Of a stretch of DNA of 64,000 nt, positions 1 through 9,048 are shown piece by piece. Under the pieces are notes generated by a model. The model did no database searches. It saw only the letters and a list, made by a program, of their open reading frames with translations, and was not told where the DNA came from. The position numbers were made by a program, and so were the translations under genes. The stretch lies in IMG/VR virus record IMGVR_UViG_3300032164_000004, positions 1-64,000 of that record; one strand, 5' to 3'. Origin of the DNA: a virus. Within the stretch, counting starts at the first letter, position 1. Each line of letters starts with the position of its first letter.

Positions 1-325
1 AAGGATCAACACTATGACATTCGAACCTAGATCGATATGCAAATGTGGCCGCAGTTCTCGGAGTTCGCCCATCACCTACCGATATTAAAATAGTATCTTT
101 ATCGTGAAGTGGTAAAGAACGATCAAAGTGGTATAAAAATGCTCTATAAGTGGCAAAACTTTCTGTTATCTCTTTTACGTTTGGAAACAACTCCATTAGC
201 AGTAAATCAGGAGCACATTTTAAATTTAGGAATTCATTAAGATATCGAGAAGTAGGTTTTTTAATAGATACTACCGTACAAGTATCTTTCTCTTTTACAT
301 CAATTAAGACGTTTTTTGTACCCAT
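1..325 (-). CDS. Partial hypothetical protein, possible SAM-dependent methyltransferase-like (runs off left edge)
   Basis: Manual translation MGTKNVLIDVKE...KEITES...ILISVGDGRTPRTAATFAYRSRFECHSVDP is open to position 1 and follows a sigma70-like promoter; absent from the ORF track. Confidence 0.7.
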   Translation of the reverse strand, partial: MGTKNVLIDVKEKDTCTVVSIKKPTSRYLNEFLNLKCAPDLLLMELFPNVKEITESFATYRAFLYHFDRSLPLHDKDTILISVGDGRTPRTAATFAYRSRFECHSVDP

Positions 326-331
326 AAATAT

Positions 332-360
332 ATTATATCACATGACCATGAAGAATGCAA
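332..360 (-). promoter_or_regulatory. Early sigma70-type promoter (leaderless)
   Basis: TTGCAT-N17-TATAAT on the minus strand; ATG 6 nt downstream. Confidence 0.7.
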
Positions 361-399
361 ATGTTTTTATAAACTTTACTAAATATTCTTAGGAAGACT

Positions 400-1617
400 A
401 TGAGCCAAACAGCAGTTCGTAAAACGTATTATTCTACATCCGATTTATCAACATTAGTTGGACGAATTGGAGAATTTACTGTTGATATCACCAGAAAAAC
501 CCTTATTATTTTTGATGGTACTACATCCGGTGGAATTCCTCTAGCATTAGCTTCACATACTCACGATCCAGCTTCGGGTTCTGTTACTGGATTTATGAGT
601 GCGGCAGATTGGACACAATTATACAACCACACACATTCCAATGCTTCTCAATCTGTAGCCGGATTTATGTCCGCGGCTGATAAGTTAAAATTAGATGGTG
701 TATCTGCTGGTGGCGGCGCTGTTACACCTTTTTCTAGTGTAAATACGCCAAATACATTAGCTTATAGAGATGTAAATGGTGATTTTGCTGCTAGAAAAAT
801 AACAGCTACAGATTTTATAGGACATCTTCAAGGAAACGCCGATACCGTAACAAACGGAGTTTATACTTCGGGGACATATTCAAATCCTTCTTGGTTGACA
901 AGTATAGATGGGTCTAAAATTACAGGAACAATATCGGCTGACATGGTTACTAGTTTACCTTGGTCACTATTAACAGGTACAATACCAAATATATCAATCT
1001 TTCCAAATAATTCTAATTATATAACCAACACCGGAAATACAACAGGAACTTCTGGTGGAGTATTAAGTACTGGTGGAAGAGAAACGGCAAATGCCACAGC
1101 AAATACCGTAATATTGAGAGATTCTTCTGGAAGAGCAAAAATTGTGACTCCTATTGCTAGTACGGATATTGCTAATAAGGTGTATGTTGATGGAGCCGTT
1201 GGTGGAGGAAGCCAAAGGATGACAAATTACACGGCTATATATACTAGTACCCAGCCGGCCCTGCTGCCGGCGAGTTCTATAACACCAGTTAATATTTCTG
1301 GTATAGGTGTTGTTAGATATATTAGAATGATGCCGTGGTATCTTCCTCTTTCGAATTATACAAATCTAGTTTATTATGATTTTATTTTGGATGGAGTAAC
1401 ATCTACATGGAAACATTCGGATTTATTTTCTTATGGAAATACTGAACCAATGTATGATAATGGTGGACGTAGTTCTCCCGCACTTTTATTGGATTTGGGT
1501 TTAACATTTACTACAACATGTGTAATTACGGCTCGCTGGACGCAGATAGACACCAATTGGCCCTCATCGCCGCTTCCAGCTATAACGGTAAATGTGATGT
1601 TATTCTTAAAAAATTAA
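400..1617 (+). CDS. Virion structural / tail fibre-like protein
   Basis: GEFTVD...FDGTTSGG N-terminus, GFMSAADK repeats, RDxxGxF motifs; ACTAAATA late-promoter-like box at 378-385. Confidence 0.65.
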   Translation: MSQTAVRKTYYSTSDLSTLVGRIGEFTVDITRKTLIIFDGTTSGGIPLALASHTHDPASGSVTGFMSAADWTQLYNHTHSNASQSVAGFMSAADKLKLDGVSAGGGAVTPFSSVNTPNTLAYRDVNGDFAARKITATDFIGHLQGNADTVTNGVYTSGTYSNPSWLTSIDGSKITGTISADMVTSLPWSLLTGTIPNISIFPNNSNYITNTGNTTGTSGGVLSTGGRETANATANTVILRDSSGRAKIVTPIASTDIANKVYVDGAVGGGSQRMTNYTAIYTSTQPALLPASSITPVNISGIGVVRYIRMMPWYLPLSNYTNLVYYDFILDGVTSTWKHSDLFSYGNTEPMYDNGGRSSPALLLDLGLTFTTTCVITARWTQIDTNWPSSPLPAITVNVMLFLKN

Positions 1618-1618
1618 T

Positions 1619-2011
1619 ATGATTAAGTTGGTGGTTAGGGGTAATTCGCTAAAAGGAATACTTGATGATGGAGATGAAGTAGAAGTAGAAGATGTGTTTT
1701 CAGCATCAGTAGGAGATTTGATAATATTTGAAACGGTATCAAAACCGTTGGTAATAAAAATTTTAATGGGAGTTCCTGGTAATAAAATCAATCTACATGA
1801 TAATATTTTATCTATTAATGAATATAAAATTGAGTTAAACAATATTCAAATTATAGTTTGGGATGATTGGGCAAGAGAAAAGACAATTCCCGAAGGATAT
1901 GTGGTTGTAATGGGTACAAATAAACATTCGTTTGATTCGAAGCAGTTTGGTTTTTTACCTATAGACGATATTATAGGTAGAGTAGTTAACATAAATAGGG
2001 TTAATAGTTAA
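1619..2011 (+). CDS. S26 signal peptidase I-like protease (no transmembrane anchor)
   Basis: VRGNSL (Ser), IKILMGVPG (Lys) and GTNKHSFDSKQFG...IIGRV boxes. Confidence 0.7.
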   Translation: MIKLVVRGNSLKGILDDGDEVEVEDVFSASVGDLIIFETVSKPLVIKILMGVPGNKINLHDNILSINEYKIELNNIQIIVWDDWAREKTIPEGYVVVMGTNKHSFDSKQFGFLPIDDIIGRVVNINRVNS

Positions 2012-2012
2012 T

Positions 2013-2936
2013 ATGGCTAATCCAAATACAGCAAAATTTCCAGCAGCATTAGCAGGCGATATAGATTTAGCAGTAGCAACTAATTCGTTTTCCACAACAC
2101 TTACGAATCCAATAGATGCTAGTACTTTAACTATAGTTGTAGGTAATGGGGATCTAAGTGTTCCCGCAATTATTAGAATTGATTCGGAATTTATACTAAT
2201 AGAATCTAAAAATTCATTAACTTTAACAGTAAAAAGTGATGGTAGAGGATTTGATAGTTCTAGTGCGGCAACACATTCCGCTGGTGCACAAGTTGATGTT
2301 TTTGTACAAGCATACCATTTTAATCAGTTAGCTGCCGAAGTAAAAGCTATTGAAACTTTTTTTGGTGTTAGTGGAGCAAATGTTATAGGTGCTGGAGCAA
2401 CAGGCCCTACAGGACCACAAGGACCGGGAAGTCTTTTTCCTGCCATAGTAACATATAAAGGTGGAGTGGTACAAGCCGGTTCGGCATCTATAGGATTTTC
2501 GACTCCATCTACTGGTGCCCCAGATGCAACGGCTATATTAGGTACAAATGTTATTATGGGAGTCGCTTCATTTGGGACTGTGGAATATGTACAAGATCAT
2601 TTTACTATACCATTAGCTTTTACAGGTACAGATGTAACGGTAAAAGCCGTTTGGTATAGTTCATCGGCTACAAGCGGAAATTGTCAGTGGGAAATATATT
2701 TTGCTTCCGTGGCAGAAACAGAAGATAAAGATCCTGCATGGGGCAGCGCCAATAGTTTAGTTGATATTCCTAATGGTACGGTTAATAAATTTAATGTTGT
2801 AAGTGGAACATTTACAATTACGGGTATAGCGGCTGGTGAAGAATTATTTTTCAAATTTGGTAGAAAATCTGGAAGTGATACTATGAGTGGTGATGGACAT
2901 TTGGTAAGTTTAGATTTTTCTTTACCTAGAGCTTAA
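2013..2936 (+). CDS. Virion structural protein with short collagen-like linker
   Basis: GATGPTGPQGP; N-terminal domain paralogous to 5726..6841. Confidence 0.6.
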   Translation: MANPNTAKFPAALAGDIDLAVATNSFSTTLTNPIDASTLTIVVGNGDLSVPAIIRIDSEFILIESKNSLTLTVKSDGRGFDSSSAATHSAGAQVDVFVQAYHFNQLAAEVKAIETFFGVSGANVIGAGATGPTGPQGPGSLFPAIVTYKGGVVQAGSASIGFSTPSTGAPDATAILGTNVIMGVASFGTVEYVQDHFTIPLAFTGTDVTVKAVWYSSSATSGNCQWEIYFASVAETEDKDPAWGSANSLVDIPNGTVNKFNVVSGTFTITGIAAGEELFFKFGRKSGSDTMSGDGHLVSLDFSLPRA

Positions 2937-2941
2937 TATTC

Positions 2942-3199
2942 ATGAGCGTTAGAGAAACAGCATTTGCCGTTGAGGTATTAGGAAAAGGACCTATAACTAA
3001 TGTTAGAGAAACCGCATTTGCCGTTGAGGTATTAGGAAAAGGACCTATAACTAATGTTAGAGAAACCGCATTTGCCGTTGAAGCATTAGGAATTAGTTCT
3101 TCGGTGTCAAATATTAGAGTAACGCATATGGGTGTAGCGATTTTGGTTTCTACACGTTTAAAAAATAGTATGATAAATAATCCCCATTATATTTTATAG
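2942..3199 (+). CDS. Small repeat protein, (VRETAFAVEVLGKGPITN)n
   Basis: ORF built from in-frame 54-bp repeats. Confidence 0.6.
   Translation: MSVRETAFAVEVLGKGPITNVRETAFAVEVLGKGPITNVRETAFAVEALGISSSVSNIRVTHMGVAILVSTRLKNSMINNPHYIL
2948..3091 (+). repeat. 54-bp tandem repeat, about 2.7 copies
   Basis: Units start at 2948, 3002 and 3056 (gttagagaaacngcatttgccgttga...). Confidence 0.95.
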
Positions 3200-3205
3200 G
3201 AAAAT

Positions 3206-4192
3206 ATGGCATTAAAATTTTTTGATGGATTCGATTCTTACGCGGTTAACTCGGATGCTGGTACTATATGGGATTCTAGTTCTTCATGTGATTTTTTTAT
3301 TACTACCGGTAGATTTGGGGGAAACTGTATACGTGTGTACAATACCTCACCTGGAGATACTTTATCTAAAACTTTTCCAAATTCCAATAATACTTGGATA
3401 GTTGGTTTTGCGTTTAAAGTTTTTGATGTTGCTTCTGTTGCTCCAATACTCGAAATTAAAGATAGCGGAGTCGCACAAGTAGAACTTTCGATAACTAATG
3501 ACGGAACATTAACATTTAATAGAAATGGAACATTATTAAAAAATAGTGATTCATTAAAACTTGTAAATAATACTTGGTATTATATAGAAGTCAAAGTGGT
3601 TATTGATAATTCGGGTTCATATGAAGTTAGGGTAAATGGAATACCTTGGATTATTGGTACAGGAGATACACAAAATATAGATGCTCACGCTAATTATATA
3701 ACAATTCCAGGCCAGGCCGGTGCATATCAACATTTTTATGATGATTTTTATATATGTGATGGTTCTGGTACAATACAAAATGATTTTTTAGGTGAATCAA
3801 AAGTTATATATTATGTTCCAAATGCAGAACTTTCTCCAAATGATTTTACGGCAATTACAGGAAGTAATTTTTCCAACTTATCCACAAATAATGGAGATAC
3901 GACTTATATTACATCATCCACTTTAAATGCGCGCGAAAACTACCAATTTTCAGATCTTGATTATAATTATAATATGATACACGGTATTAGATTTTTGGTA
4001 GTTGCTAGAAAAGATGATTCTGATTATAGATTTTTGGATATATATCTTAATGAAAACAGCATATATTCGGATGGGTTATCCGTAGATTATATAATTATTT
4101 CTAAAGATTTATTTTTAAATCCAGAAACAAATAGTTTGTGGACGAAAAATGAATGGGATAGTTGCACTGCTGGATTTAAAATAACATTATAA
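3206..4192 (+). CDS. Putative virion protein, ConA/LamG-like beta-sandwich
   Basis: FDGFD, WYYIEVK, YDDFYICD motifs; paralogue of the next ORF. Confidence 0.6.
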   Translation: MALKFFDGFDSYAVNSDAGTIWDSSSSCDFFITTGRFGGNCIRVYNTSPGDTLSKTFPNSNNTWIVGFAFKVFDVASVAPILEIKDSGVAQVELSITNDGTLTFNRNGTLLKNSDSLKLVNNTWYYIEVKVVIDNSGSYEVRVNGIPWIIGTGDTQNIDAHANYITIPGQAGAYQHFYDDFYICDGSGTIQNDFLGESKVIYYVPNAELSPNDFTAITGSNFSNLSTNNGDTTYITSSTLNARENYQFSDLDYNYNMIHGIRFLVVARKDDSDYRFLDIYLNENSIYSDGLSVDYIIISKDLFLNPETNSLWTKNEWDSCTAGFKITL

Positions 4193-4212
4193 ATAGTATA
4201 AAGGAAAATAAT

Positions 4213-5223
4213 ATGTCATTACGATGGTTTGATGGAATGGAATCTTGGGATAGCGCACAGGATGAAATTAGGTATGATGTGGGGAGTGCAGTCCAGAGTA
4301 GTAATTCTCATTCGGGAAGATTTGGTGGTAAAAGTAAAGGTCTCTCGAAAATAACAAAATCGTTTGATAATCAAGAAACTTGGATAGTTGGAGTAGCTCT
4401 CATTACGACGGTGTTTACTACATCACCGGGTACTTTTTTAAAGATTTACGATGGTGCTACACTCCAATGTTATGTTAATGTTTCTACATTAGGTATAATT
4501 TCAATAAAACATGGTGGTACTGACGCTATATTAGGTGATACTGGATCGTGGAGATTTAAACCCTATGTTTGGCATTATATAGAAGTAAAAGTGACTATTG
4601 GTAATTCTGGAGCATTTGAATTGAAGGTAGATGGAAAAGTAAGAATCGCCGCCGGATCAGGAGACACTCAAAATTCCGTAAATGCGTACGCTAATAAAAT
4701 TACTTTATATTGTATAAGTGGTGAATCTATTGATATAGATGATTATTATATTTGTGATGGTGCGACCGATCCGCCATGGGATGATTTTTTAGGTGAAGTT
4801 AAAGTTGTAACTAAATTTCCAAATGCTATAAGTAGTATTCCTTTAACCGATTTTACTTCTTCTACTGGTATAACCGGATCAAATTACCTACAAGTCGATG
4901 AACATCCTCATGATAGCGATACAACTTACAATTACTCATCTGTAACAGGTGCATGTGATATGTTTAATTTTAATACTTTTGGTTTATCTACTGTATATGG
5001 AGTACAAATAAATGATGTTGCTAGAAAAGATGATGTTGCACTACGTGAAACGAGGAACGTTATTTATACGGGTGCTACGGGACCATTTTATGGAGAAATA
5101 CAAACATTAACAGCTACATATGTAGCGAATGTAGATATGTTTCAATTAGATCCTCGTACATCTGTACAATGGGATCCAACTGAATTAGATAATTCTGAAT
5201 TTGGATATGAAGTATATACTTAA
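4213..5223 (+). CDS. Putative virion protein, ConA/LamG-like (paralogue of 3206..4192)
   Basis: FDGME, WHYIEVK, IDDYYICD, DFLGE, VARKDD; TATAAATA at about 4188. Confidence 0.6.
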   Translation: MSLRWFDGMESWDSAQDEIRYDVGSAVQSSNSHSGRFGGKSKGLSKITKSFDNQETWIVGVALITTVFTTSPGTFLKIYDGATLQCYVNVSTLGIISIKHGGTDAILGDTGSWRFKPYVWHYIEVKVTIGNSGAFELKVDGKVRIAAGSGDTQNSVNAYANKITLYCISGESIDIDDYYICDGATDPPWDDFLGEVKVVTKFPNAISSIPLTDFTSSTGITGSNYLQVDEHPHDSDTTYNYSSVTGACDMFNFNTFGLSTVYGVQINDVARKDDVALRETRNVIYTGATGPFYGEIQTLTATYVANVDMFQLDPRTSVQWDPTELDNSEFGYEVYT

Positions 5224-5225
5224 AT

Positions 5226-5717
5226 ATGCCTAGATCAAAAAAGACCGTACATGATAAATTGACTGAAGCTCTCGAAGGAGCAAATGATATATTGGAAGAC
5301 CATGAATTGGAATGTATAGAATTAGAACCAATTACAAAACCACAGTTAATGGAAAGACCATCCAGGCCAACTGATATCACTATACATACTTTAGAGGACT
5401 ATGATTACGCTAGAAAAACATACCATCATCTTTTAGATAGAGGTAATGAAGCTGTTAATAATGTATTGGCTTTGGCAGAAGAAGCCGAACATCCGCGAGT
5501 ATTTGAAGTAGCTGCTATATTAATAAAATCGGTTTCAGAAGTAGCTACGGCTTTAATAGTATTACAAGAAAAAATGAAAAATTTAAAAGGGAAAGATGAT
5601 GCGGTTTTAATACAAGAAAAAGAATCCGGTGAAAAATTTGTATTTGCCGGTAATACGGGTCAATTATTAGAAATGATAAATGAAGCTAAAAAAATTAAAG
5701 TGGCGTCAGCAACATAG
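5226..5717 (+). CDS. gp16: Terminase small subunit (gp16-like)
   Basis: DYDYAR...EHPRVFEVAA...FAGNTGQL motifs; lies upstream of TerL. Confidence 0.85.
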   Translation: MPRSKKTVHDKLTEALEGANDILEDHELECIELEPITKPQLMERPSRPTDITIHTLEDYDYARKTYHHLLDRGNEAVNNVLALAEEAEHPRVFEVAAILIKSVSEVATALIVLQEKMKNLKGKDDAVLIQEKESGEKFVFAGNTGQLLEMINEAKKIKVASAT

Positions 5718-5725
5718 AGGATACA

Positions 5726-6841
5726 ATGTCTAATCCAAATACAGCAGTATTCCCATCAGCATTACCAACAGATTCTACATTGATGGTAGCTACCAACGAT
5801 GCATATACTACTTTATCCAATACTATGGATAATAGTCAGACTACTGGTATTGTAGTAGCAAATTCGTTTGCGGTACCGTGCATAATCTTAATTGATTCGG
5901 AATTAATTTATGTAGGTTCTAAAGTTTCAAATACCTATGCGGACGCTACGAGAGGTTTTGGTGGTACAACACCGGTCGGACATATTATAGGAAGTTCTGT
6001 ATATGGATTTATCGAGGCTTATCATCATAACCAAATTACTTCCGAAATAAAGGCTATTGCGGAAGAGTTGGGTGTAAATTTAGGAAATGTAATAAAAACC
6101 GATCAAGCTATAACAGATGGCGATTTAACCGGTACGTATCCTCATCCTACCGTTTCTCAAGTGGGTGGTGTCAGTGCAGCCACCATTGCTAATATTGGTG
6201 CCTGGTATACCGGTGGATTACCAATTACTTCCGTTAGGACATATACTGTAGATTATCTTGATGCGGATTTTAAAGTTGCGGATACGGATGTTGATATTAT
6301 TTTAGCTACATTAGCGGCAAGAGCTAAAATTGTTGGTATAACTATAAAGCATTCCGTTGCTTGGAGAGGAACCGGTGCATCTTCAATGACCGTTAGTATT
6401 GGTGATGGTAGTGGTAGTTGCGACCAATATGTATCGGCATTTGATATTTACCAGGCTGTAGGTAATACAACGTTTTCAGATACCGCGTTATTTAAAAGTA
6501 CGACTATGGCTTCAAGTAACATTGTTGCTAGATTAATCTGTGATACGGACGTTGGAGATGAAACCGTATCAATTAGTGCCGCTACTAATGCATCTCCTGT
6601 AGAATTTACTTCCACAGCGCACGGATTAGTAAATGGAAATACTGTTACCATATCTGGAGCAACTGGAACGTGGGTATCGGTTAATGGTACATTTGTTGCA
6701 ACTAAAACTGGCGATGATACATTTACCATCCCTATCGATAGTACATTATTTGGTGCTTTGGCTGGTACGCTTATTTTCGATGCTACTTTCTTAACAGCAG
6801 GTAGTGTGGATATATCAGTATATACTTTACAATTACCATAA
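5726..6841 (+). CDS. Virion structural protein (paralogue of 2013..2936) with C-terminal FCCH-like beta domain
   Basis: MSNPNTAVFP...YHHNQITSEIKAI; ISAATNASP...AHGLVNGNTVTISG. Confidence 0.6.
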   Translation: MSNPNTAVFPSALPTDSTLMVATNDAYTTLSNTMDNSQTTGIVVANSFAVPCIILIDSELIYVGSKVSNTYADATRGFGGTTPVGHIIGSSVYGFIEAYHHNQITSEIKAIAEELGVNLGNVIKTDQAITDGDLTGTYPHPTVSQVGGVSAATIANIGAWYTGGLPITSVRTYTVDYLDADFKVADTDVDIILATLAARAKIVGITIKHSVAWRGTGASSMTVSIGDGSGSCDQYVSAFDIYQAVGNTTFSDTALFKSTTMASSNIVARLICDTDVGDETVSISAATNASPVEFTSTAHGLVNGNTVTISGATGTWVSVNGTFVATKTGDDTFTIPIDSTLFGALAGTLIFDATFLTAGSVDISVYTLQLP

Positions 6842-6871
6842 TTTCAACATTTGTTGAAATTATAGGTTGGA

Positions 6872-8236
6872 GTGAAAATGAGTGAATCACAGGGTTATTT
6901 AGGTAATCCAAAATTAAAAACTACTAACATAACAATACGATATACAGAAGAACAAATAAAGGAATTTATCCAATGTGCGGAAGATCCCATCTATTTTATT
7001 CGTCAATATATCAAAATTGTTCATGTTGATAGAGGTTTAATTGCCTTTGATCTTTGGGATTTTCAAGAAAAAATAATTAATACCGTACACAATAATCGTT
7101 TCACCATATGTAAAATTCCCAGACAATCAGGAAAAAGTACGGTTATACTTTCGTATTTATTACATTATATACTTTTTAATCCTTTAGTTAGTGTTGTGAT
7201 TTTGGCTAATAAGGCTGATACGGCACAAGAATTACTTTCTCGTTTACAATTAGCCTATGAACATCTTCCTGTATGGTTACAACAAGGTATTGTTACGTGG
7301 AATAAAAGAAATATTGAATTAGAAAATGGATCAAAGATTAAAGCTGCTGCAACTTCAAGCGCTTCGGTTCGTGGAGGTTCTTATAATTGCGTTGTTGGTA
7401 GTACCCAAATAACCATTTTAGAAAATGGTGTAGAAAAGGAAATATCTATAGAGGAATTAAAAAATAAACTTATAAATAATAGTGTGCGAACTCATCTAGA
7501 AATCTATCCGATATTTCTACAAAACAAATATACCAAAATTTATAATTATTTAATGGAAAAGGCATTGAATAGAAATTTGTTAAAAAAATCTACCAACAAA
7601 TATACCGAATTTCATCATATAATACCGAAAAGTTTGGGTGGTAATAATGAATTACCAAATATTATAGTTTTAACTGGAAGAGAACATTTTATAGCACATA
7701 AACTTTTAGTTAAGATGACTCAAGGAAAAAATAAAGCTAAAATGGTATGCGCTTTATATTTTATGTCTACTGGTAGATTTAAAGAATTACAAAATTCTCA
7801 CACATATGAATATGCCAGAAAACAATTTTCCAAAGCTTGCTCCTTAACAAATAAAGGAAGAAAAGCATCTGAAGAAACCAAATTCAAAATGAGTTTAGCA
7901 TCTAGAGGTAAATCAAAACCTAAAGGATTTGGAGAAAAAGTTTCTAAAGCTTTAATGGGGCGTAAGAAAAGTGAGGAATGGATACGTAAAATTAATAATA
8001 ATCCGGAAAAAATTCGTAAGACAGCAGAAAAACATATAGGAATGAAACGATCTGAAGAATCGAAAAGGAAAATGTCTTTAGCGAAAAAAGATTATATTCC
8101 TTGGAATAAAGGAATTAAAGGATCGATGACTTTAGGTAAAAAATGGTTTTATAATCCTACAAATAAGAAATCTATAATGTGTGCTGGTAATTGTGTGCCT
8201 GAAGGTTTTATATTAGGACGAAGTAAATTAAAATGA
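6872..8236 (+). CDS. gp17: Terminase large subunit part 1 (ATPase N-part) + short N-intein + fused HNH/NUMOD3 endonuclease
   Basis: YLGNPKLK, Walker A PRQSGKS, RGGSYN|CVVGSTQI (intein starts 7388), EFHHIIPKSLGG...REHFIAH HNH motif. Confidence 0.9.
   Translation: MKMSESQGYLGNPKLKTTNITIRYTEEQIKEFIQCAEDPIYFIRQYIKIVHVDRGLIAFDLWDFQEKIINTVHNNRFTICKIPRQSGKSTVILSYLLHYILFNPLVSVVILANKADTAQELLSRLQLAYEHLPVWLQQGIVTWNKRNIELENGSKIKAAATSSASVRGGSYNCVVGSTQITILENGVEKEISIEELKNKLINNSVRTHLEIYPIFLQNKYTKIYNYLMEKALNRNLLKKSTNKYTEFHHIIPKSLGGNNELPNIIVLTGREHFIAHKLLVKMTQGKNKAKMVCALYFMSTGRFKELQNSHTYEYARKQFSKACSLTNKGRKASEETKFKMSLASRGKSKPKGFGEKVSKALMGRKKSEEWIRKINNNPEKIRKTAEKHIGMKRSEESKRKMSLAKKDYIPWNKGIKGSMTLGKKWFYNPTNKKSIMCAGNCVPEGFILGRSKLK
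7484..8236 (+). mobile_element. HNH homing endonuclease at the intein split site
   Basis: HHIIPKSLGG-N-N-REHFIAH, NUMOD3 (SEETKFKMS, SEESKRKMS); own TATAAATA at 7471-7478 with in-frame GTG at 7484. Confidence 0.8.
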
Positions 8237-9048
8237 AAAACACTTTAACATTTTACCTTGATGAGTACGGAAATAAACATAAAGCTGAAATTATACCAAA
8301 TCTTTCTGGTATAAAAATATTATCCGAATATGGCTTTAGATCATTCGATGGTTTAATAATAACCAAAAATAGGATAATTGAATTATATTTTTCGGATGAA
8401 TCATTTTTAGAATGTACTGAAGATCAAAAAATATTTATTGATACCGGTGAACAAATTTTAGCCAAAGAAATGGAAATCGGACAAAAAATTAAAAAGGGTG
8501 TATTTTTAATTTATAAGGAAAAAACAAATAGGTTTGAAGAAGTTTTTGATCCTTTAAATATTCCAGATAAACATTCATTTTATGCAAATGGAATACTTGT
8601 CTCTCAATGCATATTTTTGGATGAATTTGCTCATATCGATAACACATTAGCCGATCAATTTTTCACTTCAGTTTATCCTACAGTATCTTCAGGTAACACA
8701 ACAAAAGTGGTGGTTGTTTCAACACCTTTAGGAATGAACCATTTCCATAAAATGTGGGTTGAAGCTGAACATGCAGAAAAATTAAGATCTAAGGGCAAAA
8801 TAGCTGAGGCTAATAAAATAAGTAGATTTATACCTATAGATGTACATTATACCGAAGTTCCTGGAAGAGATGAAGAATGGCGAGAACAAGAAATAGCTAA
8901 TTTGGGATCGGATGAAAAATTTGAACAAGAATATATGTGTTTTCATAGAAATACTATATTAAATATCGTAGATTTGGAGAATGGAGATATTGAAGATGTG
9001 AATATGGGTGACCTTTATGAAAAACTTCAAGCACTTCAAGATAACTAA
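8233..9048 (+). CDS. gp17: Terminase large subunit part 2: C-intein 1 (8233-8607) + Walker B extein + N-intein 2 (8938-9048)
   Basis: FYANGILVSQ|CIFLDEFAH...VSTPLGMNHF...FEQEYM|CFHRNTIL. Confidence 0.9.
   Translation: MKNTLTFYLDEYGNKHKAEIIPNLSGIKILSEYGFRSFDGLIITKNRIIELYFSDESFLECTEDQKIFIDTGEQILAKEMEIGQKIKKGVFLIYKEKTNRFEEVFDPLNIPDKHSFYANGILVSQCIFLDEFAHIDNTLADQFFTSVYPTVSSGNTTKVVVVSTPLGMNHFHKMWVEAEHAEKLRSKGKIAEANKISRFIPIDVHYTEVPGRDEEWREQEIANLGSDEKFEQEYMCFHRNTILNIVDLENGDIEDVNMGDLYEKLQALQDN

Noticed and set aside
150-392. Plus-strand ORF 150..392
   Set aside because: Shadow of the minus-strand gene starting at 325, which has its own promoter
3206-5223. Diversity-generating retroelement acting on the paralogous lectin-like genes
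   Set aside because: No reverse transcriptase and no adenine-specific template/variable repeat pair seen
7388-8607. Group I intron explanation of the gp17 and guaB interruptions
   Set aside because: Boundaries carry intein residues (Cys1; Asn or Gln followed by Cys/Ser) and there is no non-coding space for a ribozyme core
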